Below are positions 1 through 13,860 of a stretch of 64,000 nt of DNA, in pieces; within the stretch, counting starts at the first letter, position 1; each line of letters begins with the position of its first letter. Position numbers and translations under genes: made by a program. Source of the stretch: Octopus sinensis (taxonomy: Eukaryota); assembly GCF_006345805.1 (NCBI RefSeq), contig NC_043006.1, positions 105,152,001-105,216,000 of the forward strand, written 5' to 3'. The notes under the pieces were generated by a model that made no database searches, was not told the origin of the DNA, and was given only the letters and a program-made list of their open reading frames with translations.

Positions 1-702
1 AGGTTTTGGCAGTCGGTATTTGGAAGTCAAGGCAAGCGGTTGGATTTAGCGTTGAGGATTTGGTATTCAAGGCAAGCAGGTTAGCAAGTTGGATTTAGCA
101 GTGCTAAGAGAGATGAGGTACAATATGAGACATTGGCTATTATAGTAGGAACTACGGTACGTAAATTGTTGTATTGATATATGAAGAGAAAGAAGGAAAA
201 AGAATCGATGTATTGAAATGTGTAAAGACATTGTGTACAGAGTTGTTGAAAAGAATTTAATGACCAATGTGAACTGTGTTGATATGTGTTACAGAACTGT
301 GTAATGAACATTGAACTGATATACCTTTAATGTCCTTTGAACTGTAACGTGAATTGTTGTGATTTGATCATTGTATAATGTATTGAACTGTTCTGATTGG
401 ACCGTAACGTATCGTGAACATTATTTGATCTGAACATTGTTGTCTATGAACATTGTATATTGTATCTGCATGTTGTTTTCTTTAAATGCTTTGATGTATC
501 TGATATGTAATTGATGTTGTAACAATTGTAATAGTCATATAAACTAGTACGTTAAATGCGAGCCAATTGCCTTCTTTGTGTCTCTCTCGATTGCCTCTGT
601 GTCTCTTCTTGCGGCGGTGGTTGTTGTTGCCTCTCTTTCCTCTCCGAGTTTCCGTGGCGAGCTTTTGCTGATCGACCGAGCGACGGCAGGTGGTCCGTAA
701 CA
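1..702. mobile_element. Possible LTR end of an LTR retrotransposon inserted in (TA)n
   Basis: Abrupt end ...GGTCCGTAACA (TGTTACG on the other strand) against (TA)n. Internal degenerate tandem repeats (TCAAGGCAAGC..GGATTTAGC twice; TGAACTG/TGAACATTG). The other end is outside the window. Confidence 0.35.
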
Positions 703-761
<59 letters not shown>

Positions 762-817
762 TATATGTGTGTGTGTGTGTATGTGTATATGTATATATAT
801 ATGTGTGTGCATATGTG

Positions 818-1018
818 TTTGTGTGTCTGTGTTTGTCCCCCACCATTACTAGACAAACGACGTTGGTGTGCTTACGTCCTCATAGCCTAGCGGTTCGGAA
901 AAAAGACCGATGAAGTAAGTACTTGGCTTACAAAGAATAGGTCCTGGGCTCGATTTGTTCGACTAAAGGTGGTGCTCCAGCAAAGCCGCAGTCAAATGAC
1001 TAAAACAAATAAAAGAAT
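818..1018 (+). mobile_element. SINE type A, tail half
   Basis: TGTTTGTCCCC...GGTGCTCCAGC...CAGTCAAATGACT. Confidence 0.8.
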
Positions 1019-1035
1019 ATATATACAGGGAAAGC

Positions 1036-1078
<43 letters not shown>

Positions 1079-1111
1079 GGATGGATAGATAGATAGATTG
1101 ATAGATAGATA

Positions 1112-1878
1112 TGTTTCTTTATTAGCCACACAGGGCTGCACACAGATAGAACAAATTACAAGGTAGAGCTTTTCTTTTGAAGGTTTAAAAAAAAAAGGAA
1201 AGGGGGGAGTTTCGATCAAAAGGGATCGTAAAAGGAGAGAAAGAGGACAAAAAAGGGGGGTTAAAAAAAGGGGGGAGAGGAAAAAAAATTGATCAATAGG
1301 GATCGTTATCACAGAAATGTCAATATGAAGTGTAAAGGGGAGGACAAGTGAGGTTTACCCGTGGAAAGAAAAGCCTACGGAAAAGACCACGGTAACCTCG
1401 GTCAATGGAGTCACATGTTATATTTCTTTTTATTTTTTTGCGAATAAGCAACTCTCTGTTTTCAATTTCTGGGTTCATAGGATCATGCTCAAGGTGGCTT
1501 CGTCATTCATACGTGCCATTCTTGCTACATTCACCCATCTTTTTTTAAAATATTCGCTAGACAAAACTTGCCTCTCTACTCTCACTTTCCTTTTCAAGTG
1601 GTACTTGAAGAAGTTGATGAGAGATTGACCAGAGAGGAAAGTGTTTGTCTCCAATCCTTTCAGACGCGTCCACCAGATACATTCTTTCGCCATAGCCACA
1701 AGGATGATGAAAATAGCTCTTCCTTCCCCTTTGAAGGAAGGAGGCGTGACAATATTGACGATAGACTCAGCTGATAAACCGACTCGTCCCACACGTGACA
1801 GCAGTTGTTCGACATAAGCCCACAGGTCGGAAATTGTTGGACACTGAACGAGTGCGTGCAGAACGGTTTCGTCGCTCT
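1112..1878 (-). mobile_element. 5'-truncated second Tx1 copy from a related subfamily (ORF2 C-terminus plus 3'UTR), in (GATA)n
   Basis: The 1475-1792 ORF (LSAESIVNIVTPPSFKGEG...WWTRLKGL...FFKYHLKR) parallels the ORF2 C-terminus. 3' end CAGCCCTGTGTGGCTAATAAAGAAACA. GATA arrays on both sides. Confidence 0.92.
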
Positions 1879-1890
1879 AGATAGATAGAT

Positions 1891-1921
<31 letters not shown>

Positions 1922-1922
1922 T

Positions 1923-1988
<66 letters not shown>

Positions 1989-1998
1989 GGATGGATAA

Positions 1999-2066
<68 letters not shown>

Positions 2067-2368
2067 TTAATTTTTTATTGTAGCCACACAGGGCTAAACA
2101 CAGAATAAAAATGGACGAAATACAATGTAGAATTTTTCTTTTCGAGGTGGGATGGGTGGGGGAAGAAAAAAAAACAAAAAAAAACGTTTGATCAATAGGG
2201 ATCTGTGGGTTGTGTGGTGTATAAAAAAGCAATATATATATATATATAAGGTTCACAGTTTAGGTGTAGTCTTGGAAAGAAAAACCTACAAAAAAGACCA
2301 AGGTCACCTCAGGCAATTCGAAAAAGAACACATGAGTAAGTCGCCTTACTTCTCGTTGTCTCTTTTGG

Positions 2369-5300
2369 TTACAGATTTAAACTTAAAATAGTGTCGTCTT
2401 TCATACTGACCATTTTTGCCACTTTTACCCACTTTTTATTAAAACATTCGTTCGACAAAGCCTTCCTCTCTATTCTCATCCTCCTTTTCAAGTGGTACTT
2501 GAAAAAGTTGACGAGAGACTGACCAGAGAGGAAGGTGTTTGTTTGCAGTCCTTTCAAACGCGTCCACCACACACATTCTTTCGCCATAGCCATCAGCGTA
2601 ACGAAAACCGTTTTCCCTTCCCGTTTAAAGGAAGGTGGTGGAACAATATTCACAATAGACTCGGCCGATAGGCGAGCCTGACCCACACGTGACAACAGCT
2701 GTTCGACGAAGAACCACAGCTCTGAAATATCTGGACACAGCACGAGTGCGTGCAGAACGGTTTCGTCGCTCTGACCGCATCTCGGTCCGGTGATGGTTTT
2801 CGAACCGTGTCTGTAGCTCTTCTCTCGAACAGGTAGTGCGTCTCGATAGCACTGCCAAGCCAGGGATTTCTGGAAGTTATCCATAGGCCCCGGCCCGAAC
2901 GTCGTCCTGAACAGGCGGGTTAGGAATTCCTCGTCGACGCCCAGGTTTGCCCCGAGTGTGTCGTCGGACCTCCCCTCCACTAGTCCTCTATAGAACGCTT
3001 TAGTCGTTTGGAAGTTGCACAAGTTTGACCCCGGTCGGCAGAGCTGCTGTAGAGCTTGGTGACACTCTCGGTGCCAATCGCCCAGTTTCGGTCTCTTTTT
3101 GATCCACGTTTGCAGTTCGGTCAGTGAGACGAGCTGCGGGAAGTCGCGCCTCACAAACGGCGCCCACACCTGTTCACCGTCGTCGATGAATTTCCAGAGA
3201 TGTCGCAGTCTCAGCGCATGCCTGCGCATCATCAACCACGGCATGCCCAGTCCTCCATTCAACGGATGTTGACAGCAAATGGACTTCCTCACCATCGGAA
3301 CGCCACCCTTCCACAGGAAGCGGAAGAGTATGCGTTCCAGTTTGGTGATGGTGGCGTCGGGACAAGGTACGACGGTCAGGCGGTAATCGATGACGGATGC
3401 GATGTACGCGTTCGCCACCTCCGCCCGGCCTTTTAGAGACAGCTTTCTCTCGGCCCATGTTTGGCTAAGAGCGACCACTCTACTCGTGATCCCGTCCCAG
3501 TTCTTATCCATTTGGAGGTCCGGACTGAACCAGACCCCGAGCAATTTAACCGGTCCGTCCGTCCAGCGTCCCACTACTGAGCCGCAGTCGGACGGCATGG
3601 GCTTGCTTCTCCAGGTGCCGAGTAGCAAACCCACTGACTTTTCCGGGTTAATCTTTGCTCCCGTCACCGTTTCATATTTTCTTAGTGTCTCGCCGACCAG
3701 CTTGATGTGCTGGTAGCTCGACACTATGACGGTGACATCGTCCGCATATGCCGACACGCTCGTCCCGCAACCCAGTTCCCGTGGGATGCCCCTCAGTGTC
3801 GCCAGCTTCCGCAGTAGCGGCTCGAGAGTCAATACATACAGAAGCGCCGACAGGGGACAACCCTGACGGACCGAACGCGTGATGTCAAACGGTTTAGACA
3901 GGTGACCGTTCACCCGAATCACCGATCGGATGCCGCTATACAAGGCAGCGATCCAACCGCGGAAGACGGGACCGAAGCCAGCCGCCCTGAGGACGGCCGC
4001 CAAGTACCGATGGTCGACCCTATCGAAGGCTTTAGACTGATCCAAATTTATCAGCGCCCCACCCATGCCAGGATCCTTAACTACCCTGTCCACAATGTAG
4101 CGCATCAGATGGAGGTTGTCATGTATGGTTCTTCCCGGCACGGTGCATGTTTGCGCCCTGTCGACCAGTTTACCAATGACAAGCGCCAACCTCTCGGCTA
4201 TTACTTTGGCCAAAATTGTCAAATCTGCGTTGAGCAGAGTGATGGGCCTGAAATTATCTATAAAATTCCCCTTGTTTGAGTCTTTCTTCAGCAACGTCAC
4301 TGCACCTCGGCTCACGAAACCGGGGATTCTCCCGTTTTGTTGCCAGTTGCAGTAGACTGATGCCAAGAGGTCGCCAAACAAGTCTGGCATTCGACAATTC
4401 AGCTCGTAGGGTAAACCATCCAATCCAGGTGACTATCCCTCGCGCAGCCCGCCATCGCATCCCACACGTCAGCGGCTGTGATGGGACTTTCACAACACTC
4501 CGCTTCTCTTGCCGAGAGCCGCGGCAGGTCGGTCATGTAGGCACTGAAATCCATCCCTAGTTCCGACCCACCACTCGCACCAAACAGTCGAGCAAAGTGC
4601 TGTTGAAAGGCCTCACACATCCTTTCGGGTTCGAGTAAATTGCATCCCTGTTGATCTATTAGAGACCGAATGGTTGATCTGTTGCCACGCTGCGCCTCCG
4701 CTACCCGGGCCTCTCGCGCAGCTTCAATCCCTTCGTTCCTTAAGGCACGCATTTTAGCTCTGACGACGCAACCTTCGTGCTTGGCGTTGAGGTGTTGGTC
4801 GAGGGCCATCCTCGCAGCCAGCACGTTGGTTGCGCTGCCAGTGGTAAGTGCCTCTTCTAGTTTCTTAACTAAGTCTCCCTCTACTCTATTTCGTTCTATC
4901 GCTAATTCCTTGCTAAACCTAATTGATTCCGATTTTATTGCCATTTTCAGGGCGTACCACCAGCGGTTGTTAACGACCGCTCCTGTCAGCGCCCTCTTAA
5001 TTAACTCGCTAATCCGGTTCCTGTAAACCTGTCGCGCTAACAGCGACGTGTTCAGTTTCCAGTAACCGGGACCCTGCCTATGTGTTTTATCTAAGTCGAG
5101 CGTACACGTAACAAATTTGTGATCTGTGTAGCTGACTATTTTAAATTGTGGACATCCTACACTATCCCTATCCGCTGTCCTGCATAGAATTCTATCTAGA
5201 TAAGATCTCGACGATCCGACGCGGTTTGTCCAAGTCCACGTTGGCACATTCGGATGGTCGAGTCGGAACCTGTCAGACAAATGGAAACGTCTGAGCAGGT

Positions 5301-5808
5301 CTTTGAGGCTCTTACACCCCCTTCTATTCCTATCCCTTCCCACATAATCTAGATGCGTGTCCAAGGTAGCGTTCCAATCCCCTACTAACAGTAAAGGTTT
5401 AGACGTACCCAGGAAAACCTCTAGACGTCTGAAGAAATCCGCCCGACCCGTTAAGGACGGTGCATAAACTGCCATCAGACGGAATGCACACCCATTTCTG
5501 CCATCCACGTCCAAGACAACCAGCCTACCCTCCGGGTCTAGGAATATTGCTCTTACTTTTACTTTTAGACTCTTTCGAAAAAGCACTGCAGTACCTCCAC
5601 CACCCATGTTCGGCAGACAGGGAGAAAAATAAATGTCAAATTGATTGCCAAACATGGACTCGAGGGCCCGCGGCTTACTGAGTCTGGTTTCGCTGATAGC
5701 TACTATATCCACGTCCAGTGACTTGATGTCGTTTAGAAGGTAACCTTGCTTCCAAGCCGACGCCAAGCCACGCGCAGTCACACAACCTAATTTAAGCATA
5801 CTTGACAT
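2369..5808 (-). CDS. Tx1-like ORF2p: apurinic-like endonuclease, reverse transcriptase and C-terminal zinc finger, split by a single-base deletion near 4434
   Basis: APE motifs: ISET, VYAP, GDWNA, SYLDRIL, TDH. RT motifs: NFRPITLLNAD, DQSKAFDRV, VRQGCPLS, YADD, INPEKS. C-terminus PRCGQSDETVLHALVLCP. Adding one A (GATAGTCA to GATAAGTCA) restores the canonical KSPGLDGLPYE and fuses the 469-aa and 684-aa ORFs. Confidence 0.95.
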
Positions 5809-5873
5809 TTACGAAAATTGTGTTTTACACACTATATTAGCAGAGACAAGAGGCAAGAAGTGAGGTCACTTAC

Positions 5874-7753
5874 TCATTTTAAAAGTTTCATTTTTTCTTC
5901 TTCTTCTTTTGTATCGTTTTTGATGAGGTGTTTGTATAGTTTTTTCGAGTGGTATCGTTGATACCCGCCTACCGCATTCGGAAATAATGTTTTCAGTATG
6001 TGGTGTTGTGCTTGTGTTATGTGTAAAATTCTGATGTGTTTCGGTGGTGTGGTGTGCGGATGATTGTTTGTCTTAAAGTCATCTTCACAGACGACCATGT
6101 TAGATTTGATGTAGTCCATTAATTCTTTATTGTCTGTGTCTATTGCAGTTAGTTGTGTGTGTGGTTTTACGGGTTCATTACTTTTTTGATTGTCTAGGGG
6201 GATGTTGTCCTGAGTTAGATATCTCCCTGCTTTAATTCCTTGTTTGGTGGATTTTTTGGATCTTTTTCTTTTACCCCCTGTGGCTATTTGCCATTCCGTC
6301 GAACTTTCGTCGCCCGACGTATCAGTATGGGGTAGAGGCAAAACATTTGCATTACTATGTATGCTTGTATAAATTGTTGATGTTTTGTGCGGTGTTTGTG
6401 TTGTTGTGGTGTTAGGGGTAGCATTTGTCTTCTCGTCAGTGTTTTCTGTCTTTTTAATTGTCGTCCTGGGTGTGGGCGTGGGTCTATTTTTTGTTAATTC
6501 AACAGGTTTAATTGGTTGTGAAGTCAACGGTGATTGTGTTGGTACTGTTTTTCTTGGTGATGTTGTTGGGGTTTGTTTGCTGGTTTGTTGTTTTTCTTGG
6601 CGTTGTTCCATAATTGAGTGTGTTGGTGTTGGTGTTGGCAACAAAGGGATTTTATTTGTTTTCTGAATTGTTCTTTCTTGTTTTTTCTGTACCAGATCGC
6701 ACTTGGCAATCAAATGTTCGGGGCTGCCACATTTGTAGCATCTAGGCTTTTTGCCTTCTGCCATAACATATAGGCATTGCCCATTCTCCAAGTATATCTT
6801 GTCGGGTAGGCTCTCGATAGAGGCCCCCTCAATCTGGATGGTCACTACTACTGTTTTTCCACCCCAATTGACGTTTAGGTACACGGCTGTTTCTAGAATA
6901 TTGATCTTTTTCAAGTGGTAACAGATTGCCCCTGTTATCCATTTGTTCGGCATATCGGGGGGTACATTTCTGATAGTAATTCTACTCACCCTCTGGTTTT
7001 TATAATAAGGGACCATGATGATTTCATCATTTCCCAGAGACTCAGTAGAGTGAGCTTTTGCCACTTCCTGGTTAGGGAAGCGGACCACTACTGTGTTAAA
7101 CTGGGGACCCCAGTTTATATACTCTTTTTCTTTCATTATGTTTTTTAAACATTTCTCCACATCAGTTTTTGTAATCTGTTCATTTGGTTTTTTGTTTTTT
7201 CTAATAATTTTATATACAATTGTCTTATTTTCTATTTCTTGTTTTATATGTTGAGGTGTATGCAGGACTAAATCTTGTCCACGGGTTGTAAAGAGAGCTC
7301 TTGTTTCTATGAGTTCTTCATTTGTGAATGTAACAATCTCCTTTTTCTGGCGAAGAATATCTGCGAAATTTACGGTTGTTGACTTTTTGTATTGGCATCT
7401 TCACTATTAGATAGTTCATTTTTATTGTTGTTCTTGTTGTTGCTGTTGTTTTTGTCAATAGTTTTCGTTTCAGTTTTATTTTTATCATTTATGTTGGTCG
7501 TGGTAGTGGTGGTGGTGGTGGTGGAGGTGGTGGTGGTAGCAGTTGTTGTCTCGTGGTTGCTGTTGTTAGTGGTGGTGGTGGTGGCGGTGGTGACAGGGCT
7601 GTTAACGCACGTGGTTGCAGCGTTCCTTTCACCGAATTTTACGTTGGCATTTTCCGTGCGAACGTTCTTTTTTTTCTCTGTCGTTTCCAGACTAGGAAAA
7701 TGTTGTTCCAAAAAAGAACGCGACCAGCGTTCAACAATAACATTTCTAGACAT
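5874..7753 (-). CDS. Tx1-like ORF1p (nucleic-acid chaperone, CCHC zinc knuckle), about 625 aa, split by one frameshift near 7385
   Basis: Knuckle CYKCGSPEHLIAKC and an RITIRNVPPD segment in the 5874-7160 ORF. I translated that frame further upstream and it stays open to about 7400 (KSTTVNFADILRQKKEIVTF...). It overlaps the 7370-7753 ATG ORF at an A5 run (7384-7388). Confidence 0.85.
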
Positions 7754-7953
7754 TTTCTAATGTCGAGAAGAAAATAACAGAAATGAAATGGGGTCGAAAC
7801 TGCCCCTAGGGGCGAATTCCTCCCTTGGAAAAGCACTCAAATGAAAGTTGGTTGCCTTACACACCTTATTTGCAAAAATCTACACAAACATTGGCCTATA
7901 AATAGTCAAAATAAATGATTACCTTCGGAGCTGAAACGACATCACATCCGTCA

Positions 7954-8142
<189 letters not shown>

Positions 8143-9091
8143 CCGTAACTGACCATCATGAACATTGTACACTCTAACAAATTTATACTTCACACTCGCG
8201 GCTCTGCTGGAGACTAATGAGTCCAAGTCTTGATAGACATACACGTCCTCGGATAACGCAGACCAGACTATTCCCATTCACAACACTGGAGGTGAGTTTT
8301 CGAGCAAAATGTTCGTTTCTTCACAAATACCCATTCCTGCATTTATTTGTTTCCTCCGTCGGTGGTGATGACAAGCTTTCCTTTCCTAATTGACCTTCCA
8401 TAGCTAACATGTGAGGTATGGACATGATATGATACTTATCTCTCGTAGTGCGTGGAATGTGGTTTTGCAATTTCATGCTGAACACCCACCACAAATGATT
8501 TGTTTACATGAAATGTTTGTGTCCTATATTAGCTCACTCACTCCAGCAAATTTAGATTGCTTGAACGGGTGCACGACGCACTACAGCTCAGGTGTCGACG
8601 GGATCGTAAATCAACTTGAGATGACGCGTTTTGCTTAAGAACACAGTGACAGCGAATGCAACAGTAACCACTGGGCCATGCGCCCTCACAGATATGGACA
8701 TACATACAGACTAAAAGACCGATAGACAGACAACCAGAACGAGAAATTTTGTTGTAAATAGCACGAAAGAAAGATATTCACTTTTAGCAACCACGATAAT
8801 CTAAAATTAAGTTAGCATCTTCAGAGTTATAAAAACAATAAGTTTTCATGTCTTCGAGAGTCATGATTAAAGCGTGAAGAGTCAGAAGTAATCAGTGTTG
8901 TAGGCTAAAAATACATAATTTATATTAAGGTGTTTGGCAGGCAGAATCATTAATTAAAAGAGATCTGAATAATGATGTTTATGTCTAGACTTAGAAGTCC
9001 TACAGTATTAGTATATAAATTTACAAATTTATATTTATACAAACACGCACTCAAACACACAACGGACGCAATCAGTCTATCTATCTATCTG

Positions 9092-9148
<57 letters not shown>

Positions 9149-9155
9149 TTATCTA

Positions 9156-9201
<46 letters not shown>

Positions 9202-9458
9202 TACCTGTCTGTAACTCTCCCTATATATATATATATATATACACATATATTACGGAAATATACTTGCATAAAAAGTGACTTGATCTGAGATCGTGTGCTG
9301 AAACAAACAATTGCAGCAAGGAATTTTGTCAGTGAATAGGTCGCGGTTTCAAAGCGACGAAAATATTTTGACAAATTAAATGTAAATACTGAAGTGAATC
9401 TAGCGGTGTTTGCGTGTTTTAAATGGCATATAAGCTCCTTCCACTCTACAATTGCATA

Positions 9459-9516
<58 letters not shown>

Positions 9517-9548
9517 AGAGTTTACGAAAAATATGTATATACATACAT

Positions 9549-9605
<57 letters not shown>

Positions 9606-12600
9606 ATATATATAAGTAACAAGTTTAAAATAATGGTTATTCCATATAATTCCTTTATTAGAGCGAACTTGGCTTGCAGCTGTTTCCAGTACTCATAATA
9701 GTTATATTATTAACAGTTTTACTCAGCTGGACTATTGATCAAGTGAGGTAAATTGAACGGCCTACAAAAATTAATGCTACTTTCGTAAGTCAGAGCCATT
9801 TCTGGAAGTAACAAGCACAGGGCATGAGATTTCTTGGAGTTTTTCACTAATCTAAGTAATATTGTTAGGCTAGTCTGCCAAGAGAAAGCTTATGAAATAT
9901 TTTTCCCAGATTGAAAAGTGGGGCGATTTCAGTTTGTGTATCTATTTTAGTGTGTTAGAATGTACGATTGTTATACTTTAAAGTTTTTATTTTTAAGTAG
10001 AATATATATTTAGTTTTCTTCAAACCCTTTTTAAAAAGTCTTGCAACAACAAAGTTTCCCAATAGACCGATGTTTCTATACCTTTATACTCGTATGTATT
10101 TTAGTTTGGTTAATTTAGAGACAAAGCAGATCACAGACACCCCTGCTAATATCACCATAAATGCCACCAAGTAAACCAATAATGGAAACAGGTGGTGCAT
10201 ACCAATAATACCGAAGCGATATCACCAACAGCAAAGCCAAACTATAAGATGAACTGTTCTACTACCACCAACACGCATTTACGTCAATATTCTATGACAA
10301 GATGTACTCATCTGGTGGTAAATCGCAGTTAGTGGATGTGAACAAGAACAACGAAGGCGATATCTTCAGATGGCACGTTAATTGTTCCAAGATCGGAGCT
10401 GTATGACCAGATTTCTAAAGGCGACTATGAGAGTTCTTGGGAATTCCGTTCTTTCATCTACTGGAAGAGACGAATTATATTGTGATGCACACTCTGTGTG
10501 TGTGTGCGTCTGTGTGTAGTTACCCGATAATCTATGGTGTTTAAAAGAATCAAAAATGTACTCATAATCAACTGTCTGGCGAATAAGGAATGTATTTCCC
10601 GAATGTGCTATTGCTTACATGAACAACCAGTGACGGGTCACCTAGATTGTATTTTAGTAATATATGTGATAAGTTAGCCGATACATATAGAGTAGGGTGT
10701 CCACTATTTTACATAGTCTGTAATGGGGTACGGAAATTTATGATTTGCAAATCAGTCTAAGAAAAATCCGTTGATTAGGGAATCCATTAGTCTAGAATGA
10801 ATGGTTTAGCAAAATAGTTGAACGGTAGTTGATAGGAATGATCTTCAGCAATTTAGTGAAGCGCTTTCTCAGATTTCTGTTTGTACATTTTTCAGTCAAT
10901 TACTAAGAGAACAAGAGGAATAAACACTTGCTTCACACCGATCAAAAAACTTATGCAGTGAGTATTATAAGGATCCTTGCATTCTATACAGGATTCACAG
11001 AAGTAAGGTGAAAATGCGCATGATCTCGTGAAGGTTCTAAGTGTTGACATAGCTAAACCTCGAAGTCTTTTCCGGAAGAATTTTAACTGCAGTCTATAAA
11101 AAATTCCGAACACTGTGGTTTGGCTGTGTTACCAAGGCTGGAGCATTTCCAGTTCCAGATAATCTCTGCTGACCACAGAAACCAGAGTAAACTCCAAATA
11201 TTGCTGACCCTGCCCGATCAGCATAAATGCAAATCGTTGAGACCTGTCTCCAGGTACTCCTTCATTTTCCAAGGACTGACGACAGCTGAAGCTATGTCGA
11301 ACAGGTATTCTCAGTGTAGAACGGTTCTGTTTACCTGCAGATGGTGTCATTATGATTATGACACCATCTTTTAGTGAGAAGAGACATGCAGTTTCCGTCT
11401 GTCAAAGGGATATTGTGTTAGAGGTTCTATTGTGCAATATATGTAAAGGATTAGAAACCTACACACTTATTTTCATCTAAGAATTCGTCAACATTTTCAT
11501 TGAATATGAGAGGAAATGCAAGATACTATATTCTAGTAATTTTTTGCTGAAATATAGGGCAGACTGGCGGACCACTAAACTGAATGTGTCTAGGTTTAGC
11601 GTGTTGTGAAAGCCCGTGGCTTTGTGTTTAGGGTGTTTTTTTCACAGTCGCAATGTCGTGCGTATGATTCCTGGACCGAGGCAACGCACTATGCCTTTGA
11701 GCAAGGCACTTTATTTCACAGTGATCCAGTTTACTATACTGAAGATGATACTAGTAGAGTGATAATGTAGATCTCTATCCTGTTAACTGTCACACCCTGG
11801 ATGAACCGTTACGTCGAAATTTAAGAGAAATGGGTGAGTATCTATGTCTGTCCGTGACTTTATGGATATCTAAAACAAATAGCGAGAACCATACTCATTT
11901 ACTGGTGATGACTGGCTTTAAAAACTTAGCTTGTTAATTGTTTATACCCCCGAGTGTATGTTTTCAGAATATATTTTTTCTTTACTATTCTTTTCTATAT
12001 TTGTTTTCATATTTAAATCTATGTAAGCCATAACTTAATCCGTCGACCATATTAACACCACCGCCTCTCATCTTGGAAAGCTTTAACGTTGTCCATTCTT
12101 TTGCAAGAATTCGGGTCAGGTCTCCAGTGGTTTGAGATAAATATCCAAACCAGACATGAAGGCCCTGGATAATGTTCATAAATATTGAATTTCCCATTGG
12201 CTGACGAAAAGATTTGAAAATAACAACATACATCATATATGTAGTGTGTTACCAATATAATGGAGAAAATTCACATTTCCAACGAGATTTCAAGAAAAAA
12301 AAACGAAAAACTACGAAATAACTATTGTATTTGATGATATTTTCTGCATTATTTAATATATGGATAGCAGGATGTAGGTGGAGGATCATAATAGAAAATA
12401 TCAACAAAGATGTGACAAAAATATAATACATCTAGATATTCGAAACTAAATGCTGAAGTTAACAGAAAATATAATCTATAAAATGTTATTATAAAATTTA
12501 TACAACGATTAACTTGGAATACATTTTAATCATCTCTTTTCGTTTTCTTATAACAGTTAATTTAACATTAATATATTAAAGAATGTTTCCAATTCTATTG

Positions 12601-12890
12601 AATTTTAAGCTTAAGAAAAAATTCCAAGAATGAAATTTGAATTCATATGTCTTTGAATTATGTATTTAATAGGTTTCCAGAAAAAATATTATTTTGCAAT
12701 GTTTTTGCGCTTATGGTTTTATTTTAAAATTGTATTTGCTGTAGCTGCATAATATTAAAGTTAATTACCCAAGAGTAAATATAAATATATTTAAGACAAG
12801 GAAACAAATACGGTTCTCACTGGTTTTCTTCTAACATGACAGATAAATGTATTGGAAGACAAACAGAATGGGAAACTAAAAGACAGACGG

Positions 12891-13044
<154 letters not shown>

Positions 13045-13171
13045 ATGAAGATAAACAAATGAAGATATGAAGATAAATAAATTGATAAATAGATAAGTAG
13101 GTACATAATACATACATACATGCATGCATACATACATACATACATACATACATACATACATACATACATGC

Positions 13172-13202
<31 letters not shown>

Positions 13203-13529
13203 CATACATACATACATACATGTATACATACATACATGCATACATGACAGCCGAAAGATTTTGTTTATGGCATAGTATCAAGAGAAAAAAACCCTGTATG
13301 CATATATGTATCTGTGTATGTATGTACGTATGTGCGTAGCGTATGCATGCTTTACGTTGAAGCAGAAATAATAGCCATTATTAGTCATCAATTTTAAAGC
13401 AATATATATTCCATCTCTCTATATTTTATTAATCAAAATAATAACCATAGAATTTAGATATTTTTGCCAATAAGAAAGAAATCCATTATTTCTGGTCTCA
13501 TAGAATTTTGGGGTCTTGACACTGATGAT

Positions 13530-13860
13530 TATTACGAAGGTGTTTAGAGATGTTCCTGTCATGTTATTGAAGACTTTGTATGCAGGAAGCTATTCAGATG
13601 ATAGAAAAGCGATAGTTGATAGATGAGAATAGGCATAAAGATGAAGATTCTAGAACTTCGAAGCCCAGTTCGTCCAATTTCTGCTGATTAATTTGCGAGA
13701 AATGTTGTTGGGCTTTGTTGTTGTGAAGAATTGATTATTTTTGCTTAACAGAAGCTTTTCATGAACTTCGCAGTTCTCGGAAAAATTTGTCGATTCCTTG
13801 ATGAAAATCCTTTGTATAGATGATTTCTTTCCCTTGTCGAACACAAAAAAGAGACCAGAG
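13530..13860 (-). pseudogene. Decayed mariner transposase C-terminal fragment
   Basis: EVHEKL...QQKLDELGFEVL followed by a degraded YSPDL/DY..F..L region. Confidence 0.45.

Larger units (their letters stand above)
2068..7953 (-). mobile_element. Near full-length L1/Tx1-clade non-LTR retrotransposon (about 5.9 kb): 5'UTR, ORF1, 65-bp spacer, ORF2, 3'UTR, inserted in a (GATA)n array
   Basis: Two ORFs with zinc-knuckle ORF1 and APE-RT-CCHC ORF2. 3' end reads TAGCCCTGTGTGGCTACAATAAAAAA. (GATA)n lies on both sides (1879-2066 and 7954-8140). Confidence 0.95.

Noticed and set aside
3200-5026. Plus-strand ORFs overlapping Tx1 ORF2
   Set aside because: Antisense shadows of GC-rich coding sequence.
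9680-9735. GAAACAGCTG hammerhead-like half on the minus strand
   Set aside because: No acceptable CUGANGA core or stem II could be assigned.
10880-11400. Higher-complexity stretch with short ORFs as a possible host exon
   Set aside because: No recognisable protein similarity or convincing splice-bounded frame.
11985-12236. Tc1-like remnant (SKMRGGGVNMV); a similar weak hint lies at 8230-8400
   Set aside because: Only a short motif resemblance, with no terminal repeats or catalytic residues recognised.
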